From positions 32,001 through 96,000 of the IMG/VR virus record IMGVR_UViG_3300045994_000055: 64,000 bases of DNA. One strand, written 5' to 3'. This stretch comes from a virus. This document shows positions 58,966 through 64,000 of the stretch, in pieces (positions within the stretch are counted from its first letter, which is position 1; every line of letters begins with the position of its first letter). The notes below the pieces were generated by a model. That model was not told the DNA's origin, ran no database searches, and saw nothing but the letters and a program-made list of their open reading frames with translations. Made by a program: the position numbers and the translations under genes.

Positions 58966-61836
58966 ATGGCCGTAACTAGAATTAAAAATAATCAGATCAC
59001 TGATTCGACAATTACATACCAAAAGATTGCCAACCAAACACTTGTTGGTGCAAACTTTAACCCGAACTTAACCCTTAACTCAAACGTTAGTATTATTGGT
59101 AACTTAACAGTGTCTGGTGGCTCCAGCGTTGTTAATTCCACTAATACCTACGTTAACGATCCGGTGGTTGTGTTCAACAATGGATACATTGGTAGCTTAA
59201 CAGGCTATGACATTGGTATTTTAGTCAATCGTAACTTAGCAACCTTAACTGGCTACGGCGCAGTTAACACAGCTTGGTTATGGAGCGAAGCTGATAGCGC
59301 ATTCGTAGCAATTGCTACAACAGACACAGGCGAAGGTGTCACAGGAGTTAACAACTCTGGCTTTGTCAACATCAAAGCACACGATGTAACAGCAACAGGC
59401 AACGTAGACATTACAGGTTCGATTTCTGCTTCTAGCTTCAGCGTTGGCGCTGGTGGTACATTTAGCGGTAACATTTCGTCTGCATACGCAACAATCACAA
59501 ACTTAACATCTGGCAATGCACAGATCAGTGGCGGCGCTATTACAAGCACACCAGTTTCTGGCTCTACTGTACAAGCAACAGTATTAACTACTGCAAATGC
59601 ACAAATTTCCGGCGGCGCAATTAGCAATACACCTATTAACGGTTCCGTTATTGGTGCAAACGTTGCAGCAGCAGGTACGTTCACAACATTAACATCCACT
59701 GGTGGCATTACTGGTACGTTGCAAACAGCAGCACAACCAAATGTAACATCCGTTGGCACATTGACAAGCTTAAGCGTAACAGGCACCGCAACTGCTGGTA
59801 ATATCAGCACTGCTGGTACAGCTACAGTCGGTACATCTACAGTAACAGGTAATGCTACAGTTGGTGGTACTTTAGGCGTAACTGGTGACGTTACAGTCTC
59901 ATCTAACGTAAACAGCACAAGCACAACTACTGGTTCTATCGTAACTGCGGGTGGTGTTGGTATTGCTAAGGATGTAAACATCGGTGGTTTAGCTAACATT
60001 GCAAATGTACAAGTAGCTAACAACACAATTTCTTCCCTAAGCGGCAACTTAAACTTAAGCAGCTCTGGCTCCGTTAAAATCGGCGCATTGACAATGCCTC
60101 AAGTTGACGGTGTTGCAGCTTCGGTTATGACATCTGACGGTGCAGGTAATTTAAGTTTACAAAGCTTGGCAGGCGCCGGCGTTCGTGGTAATGTTATCCA
60201 ATTAGGTACCCCAACTACTGGAACAATAGTTGACAACAGCCCAGCTATTACTACATGGACAACAGGTACATACATTACTGATGCAGTTGACCGTTTGAAT
60301 GAAGTATTAGGCAAGTTGGTTCCAACTCAACCATCTACATTCCCTGGTTCTCCGTTCACATTGACAGTAAGCAGCTTAAGCAGCGGTTTACGTATGACTA
60401 ACTTCACACAGACAGACAACAGTGGTACTGGTGGCCGTTCTGTAGCTGGTGGTACAACTATTTCGGCATACAAGCGTGTAAACACATACGCAACAAACGC
60501 AGCTAACGACGTTGGCCCTGGTGATTCCGGTACAGTTTCCGTTATGAAGAACGGCGCTTCCTCTGGTTCCCACACAATCGTTTCTGGCACTGGTAACAAC
60601 GGTACATACAGCGATTTAGTTATCAGTGACAACGCTGACTACGGTAGCAAGTCTGCTCAAGCTTTAGGCTTCTGGTACTCCTTTGACGCGGCAGCTTCTG
60701 GTACAGTTGCTGGCGGTTGGAACGATGTATACTTGACAGACACAGCTGGTACACCAACAAATACAGTTGGGTGGTACTATGACTCTGCGGCTCCTGGTAC
60801 TCCAGTTATTACACAAAGCAGCTTTGCAGTGACTTCTAACGTAGTTGCATACAGCTCAAGCGTTCCTCACTACACTTCCAGTGCAGTTTGGACATACAGC
60901 GGTACAGCAAATCGTTTAACTGGTGACTTATACCCAGCTACAGACAGCTTCTTTACTGGCACTGCAGGTGGTTCGTTCCAAGCACCAGCTACGGTAACAT
61001 ACACCGCAGCAGGCGTAACAGTTCCTCCTGCACGTAACTTGTATGTTGCTTCTGGTTCCGCTACAGTTTCTACAACAGCTTCCATTGCTAACAGCACTGG
61101 CGTAAGCAGCGTAGGTCCTACAGTAAGCGCAGCAAACAGCTATGCAACAGGCAGCTTGGCATTAACACCAGGCGGCAACGTATTACGTATTGATGCAGCA
61201 AGCACAGCAACACCAAATGAAAACAACATCGTTGTTGGTACATTCGGTTCCGGCGGTGCAGCAAGTGCAGTACGTGTTGGTGGTTTAGCTACAGGTGCTA
61301 CTCCAACTACAGGCAGCATCACAAGCTGGACAAGCAGCTCAGCATTACCAACATATGAAGCTACAGTTGTAGGCGGTACTATCAAGAACGATACTACAAA
61401 CTACAGCACAGGCTATTTCCCAGTTGGTCCAGACTTAAGCACTGGCCGTACTGGTACACAATACATTACATTCCGTATCACTCGTGATGCAACATCTAAG
61501 TTCGACATTGCTGTAACAGGCAAGATCTCTGGCGTGCAAGTTGCATTGCCAGGCAGCAGTTTAGACACAACAGCTTCCCCAACTAATGGTTGGATCGACG
61601 CTACTGTGGCTTACGGCGGCGCAGGTGTTCCAGGTACTGGTACAGGCGGTAACGGCAGCACAGGTTGCGCATTGGGCGGTGCTATTACTACAGGTTCCGT
61701 GGTAACACAAAGCAAGACAGTAACATTTGGTACAGTATCTAGTAACAGCAGCACTAATAACTATATCTTTGTACGTTTTGCATTAGTAGCTGGTGATAGC
61801 ATTACAGCATTGAGCTTCCCGAACGCGACACACTAA
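58966..61836 (+). CDS. Long tail fibre-like protein
   Basis: Thr/Gly/Ser-rich beta repeats; GGAG SD and TAAATA upstream. Confidence 0.7.
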   Translation: MAVTRIKNNQITDSTITYQKIANQTLVGANFNPNLTLNSNVSIIGNLTVSGGSSVVNSTNTYVNDPVVVFNNGYIGSLTGYDIGILVNRNLATLTGYGAVNTAWLWSEADSAFVAIATTDTGEGVTGVNNSGFVNIKAHDVTATGNVDITGSISASSFSVGAGGTFSGNISSAYATITNLTSGNAQISGGAITSTPVSGSTVQATVLTTANAQISGGAISNTPINGSVIGANVAAAGTFTTLTSTGGITGTLQTAAQPNVTSVGTLTSLSVTGTATAGNISTAGTATVGTSTVTGNATVGGTLGVTGDVTVSSNVNSTSTTTGSIVTAGGVGIAKDVNIGGLANIANVQVANNTISSLSGNLNLSSSGSVKIGALTMPQVDGVAASVMTSDGAGNLSLQSLAGAGVRGNVIQLGTPTTGTIVDNSPAITTWTTGTYITDAVDRLNEVLGKLVPTQPSTFPGSPFTLTVSSLSSGLRMTNFTQTDNSGTGGRSVAGGTTISAYKRVNTYATNAANDVGPGDSGTVSVMKNGASSGSHTIVSGTGNNGTYSDLVISDNADYGSKSAQALGFWYSFDAAASGTVAGGWNDVYLTDTAGTPTNTVGWYYDSAAPGTPVITQSSFAVTSNVVAYSSSVPHYTSSAVWTYSGTANRLTGDLYPATDSFFTGTAGGSFQAPATVTYTAAGVTVPPARNLYVASGSATVSTTASIANSTGVSSVGPTVSAANSYATGSLALTPGGNVLRIDAASTATPNENNIVVGTFGSGGAASAVRVGGLATGATPTTGSITSWTSSSALPTYEATVVGGTIKNDTTNYSTGYFPVGPDLSTGRTGTQYITFRITRDATSKFDIAVTGKISGVQVALPGSSLDTTASPTNGWIDATVAYGGAGVPGTGTGGNGSTGCALGGAITTGSVVTQSKTVTFGTVSSNSSTNNYIFVRFALVAGDSITALSFPNATH

Positions 61837-61859
61837 TATAATCTAGGAGAATAATTAAA

Positions 61860-64000
61860 ATGGCAATTAGCGATACACAAAAAATTGACGACCTGTACAA
61901 GAAGTTAGTATACGGCGTCACTAAAACAGACGTTGCAGGAAATAAATCTCCTAGTAACGAAGCAATAGCGAGCCCGCTATTGGTTCGTGGCGACACACTA
62001 TGGAACCAATCTGGTGACATCCCAAGTACAGCACCAGGTTCTACATCTGGTGTAGTACATGTTCGCACTGGTACCGCATCTATTATGGCTGCGGCTGATC
62101 CTACAGTAGTTCCATCTACACGTACTTGGTTGACAAGTATCGCAAAATGGATTCCTCCAGAGTTTGGTTCGAGCTACACTGTTAAGGCATACGCTGACAC
62201 AGCTGGCGCAGCAAATCCACAAAGCACTGGTACATTGTTAGCACCGGACGGTTCCGGTAACAATGACGCTTGGATATTTGACTACCAAGCAGGTGTTTTA
62301 AACTTTGCTGACACTAACGTCCCTACAGCTTTAAGCGGTAAGGTTGTTTACATTGTTGGTTATACATACACTGGTACAATGGGTGTTGCAAACAACGCTT
62401 CGTTCGGTAACTTAACAGTTTCTGACACAACTATTTCCGCAGCTACTACAAACAGTAGCTTGAACTTAAGCGGCAATGGTACAGGTAACGTTGTTTTAAC
62501 TGGCACCACAGTAGTGGTTGCTGGTAACGAAACAGTTTCTGGTACATTAGCTGTAACTGGTGCTGTAACTGCTCCTACATTCAACGGTAACGTAAGTGCT
62601 ACTACAGCAACTATCGCTACAGCTACTATCTCCGGTGGCACTGTAAACGGTACAGTTATTGGTGGTACAACTCCTGCAGCAGCAACATTCACAACAGTAA
62701 CTGGCGGTCCTGCTACATTCAGCAGCATCAACAATACTCCAGTTGGTAATGCAACTCCTTCCACTGGTGCGTTCACATCGTTAGCAGCTAACGGCGCAAC
62801 AACATTCACAGACGCTACACAAAGCACATTGACAAACAATGGCGCTGTAGTTATTGCTGGCGGTGTTGGTATTGCTAAGAACTTAAACGTTGGTGGCGAT
62901 ACTGTTATTGGTGGTAACTTAACAGTTGCAGGTACAACTACAACAGTTAACTCTACAACAGTAGCGGTTGCTGACTTAAACATCACTGTAGCCAAAGACG
63001 CTACAACCGCAGCACAAGCTGACGGCGGTGGTTTAACTGTAGCTGGTGCAAACGCAACATTAACTTATGTTCAAGCAACAGATACATGGAATTTAAATAA
63101 AGATGTTACTGCTCCTGCATTAGCATTAAGTGGTGTAACAAACAGCACAAGCCCAACAACTGGTGACTTGACAACTGCTGGTGGTGCAGGTGTTGCTATT
63201 GACTTATGGGTAGGCGGCACAATCCACGGTAACATTGCTACAAGTAACTTACAAGCTACAGGTGGTTCTGCTACTGGCATGACAGCATTGAGCTCGACAA
63301 CAGTAACAACTGGCAACGCTCAAATCTCTGGCGGCGCTATCACTAGCACACCAGTAAGCGGCAGCACTGGTTCGTTCACAACAGCAACAACTGGTAACTT
63401 ACAAGCAACTGGCGGCGCATTAAGCGGTGTTACCGTTTCTGCAACTTCCGTTACAACAGCTAACGCTCAAGTAACTGGCGGTGCAATCAGCGGTACCCCA
63501 GTTAGCGGTTCTACTGTACAAGGTACAAGCGTAACAACAGCTAACGCAGTAGTTACTGGTGGTACAATGTCTGGTGTTACAATCACAAGCAGCCCAATCT
63601 CTGGTAGCACTGGTTCGTTCTCGACATTGACATCTGGTTCAGCTACATTAACTGGCGGTGCAATCAGCGGTATGACAGTTGACGCTACAAGCGTAACAAC
63701 TAGCAACGCACAGATCACTGGCGGTTCCGTAACTGGCGTAGCATTAGGTGCTACAAGCTTCACAACAGCTAACGCACAGATTACTGGTGGTAATATCAGC
63801 GGTACTCCAGTAAGCGGCAGCACTGGTTCGTTCACAGTATTGACAACAGCTAACGCACAAGTTACTGGTGGTGATATCCAGAACACACCAATCAGCGGTT
63901 CTACTGGTTCGTTTACTAACGTTACAACTGGTGGCTTAACAGCTACAAGCGGTTCTGTAACTGGCTTGACAACATTGAGTGCAACTACAGCTTCTGCTAC
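61860..64000 (+). CDS. Tail fibre-like protein, truncated by the window edge
   Basis: AGGAG SD, ATG at 61860 (MAISDTQKIDDLYKKLVYG...); apparently open to the end; absent from the track because it has no stop. Confidence 0.8.
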   Translation, partial: MAISDTQKIDDLYKKLVYGVTKTDVAGNKSPSNEAIASPLLVRGDTLWNQSGDIPSTAPGSTSGVVHVRTGTASIMAAADPTVVPSTRTWLTSIAKWIPPEFGSSYTVKAYADTAGAANPQSTGTLLAPDGSGNNDAWIFDYQAGVLNFADTNVPTALSGKVVYIVGYTYTGTMGVANNASFGNLTVSDTTISAATTNSSLNLSGNGTGNVVLTGTTVVVAGNETVSGTLAVTGAVTAPTFNGNVSATTATIATATISGGTVNGTVIGGTTPAAATFTTVTGGPATFSSINNTPVGNATPSTGAFTSLAANGATTFTDATQSTLTNNGAVVIAGGVGIAKNLNVGGDTVIGGNLTVAGTTTTVNSTTVAVADLNITVAKDATTAAQADGGGLTVAGANATLTYVQATDTWNLNKDVTAPALALSGVTNSTSPTTGDLTTAGGAGVAIDLWVGGTIHGNIATSNLQATGGSATGMTALSSTTVTTGNAQISGGAITSTPVSGSTGSFTTATTGNLQATGGALSGVTVSATSVTTANAQVTGGAISGTPVSGSTVQGTSVTTANAVVTGGTMSGVTITSSPISGSTGSFSTLTSGSATLTGGAISGMTVDATSVTTSNAQITGGSVTGVALGATSFTTANAQITGGNISGTPVSGSTGSFTVLTTANAQVTGGDIQNTPISGSTGSFTNVTTGGLTATSGSVTGLTTLSATTASA
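63240..63960 (+). repeat. Imperfect tandem coding repeats (TTANAQITGG...TPVSGSTGSF, ~20-25 aa)
   Basis: acaacagctaacgca.. and agcggcagcactggttcgttcac recur several times. Confidence 0.75.

Noticed and set aside
63240-63960. CRISPR array or DGR repeats
   Set aside because: Repeats are in-frame with synonymous variation; no unique spacers, no adenine-specific mismatches and no reverse transcriptase in the window
1-64000. Genome-wide TAG reassignment (code 15) suggested by the CUA tRNA
   Set aside because: All long genes, including the 4538-aa ORF and the late structural genes, are intact in the standard code; only the Pth2-like gene has an internal TAG

Overview
The whole window is part of a large T4-related myovirus (jumbo-phage-like) genome. 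It carries a minus-strand baseplate/tail block (gp48-, gp53-, gp27-, gp5-, gp25-, gp6-like genes, a 4538-aa structural protein, fibre proteins) followed by a glycosyltransferase-like cluster. It also has a gp55-gp47-gp46 block with inserted accessory genes, a tape-measure gene and a gp20-gp21-gp22-gp23 head block, and plus-strand fibre genes that run off the right end. TAAATA late-promoter motifs and three sigma70-type promoters are visible. The main finding is a minus-strand accessory module (52.6-55.3 kb) with an atypical tRNA carrying a CUA (amber-suppressor) anticodon and a Pth2-like peptidyl-tRNA hydrolase gene that begins SD-ATG-AAA-TAG. That is a Met-Lys-stop minigene that yields the enzyme only by amber readthrough, in a window where no other accepted gene uses TAG. 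Other findings are a probable -1 frameshift fusing gp26-like and gp51-like ORFs next to the tape measure, a highly structured ~820-nt non-coding region after a small GIY-YIG nuclease, and a late promoter nested inside the early promoter of the late sigma factor. All product calls come from motif recognition and gene order, not from database searches.
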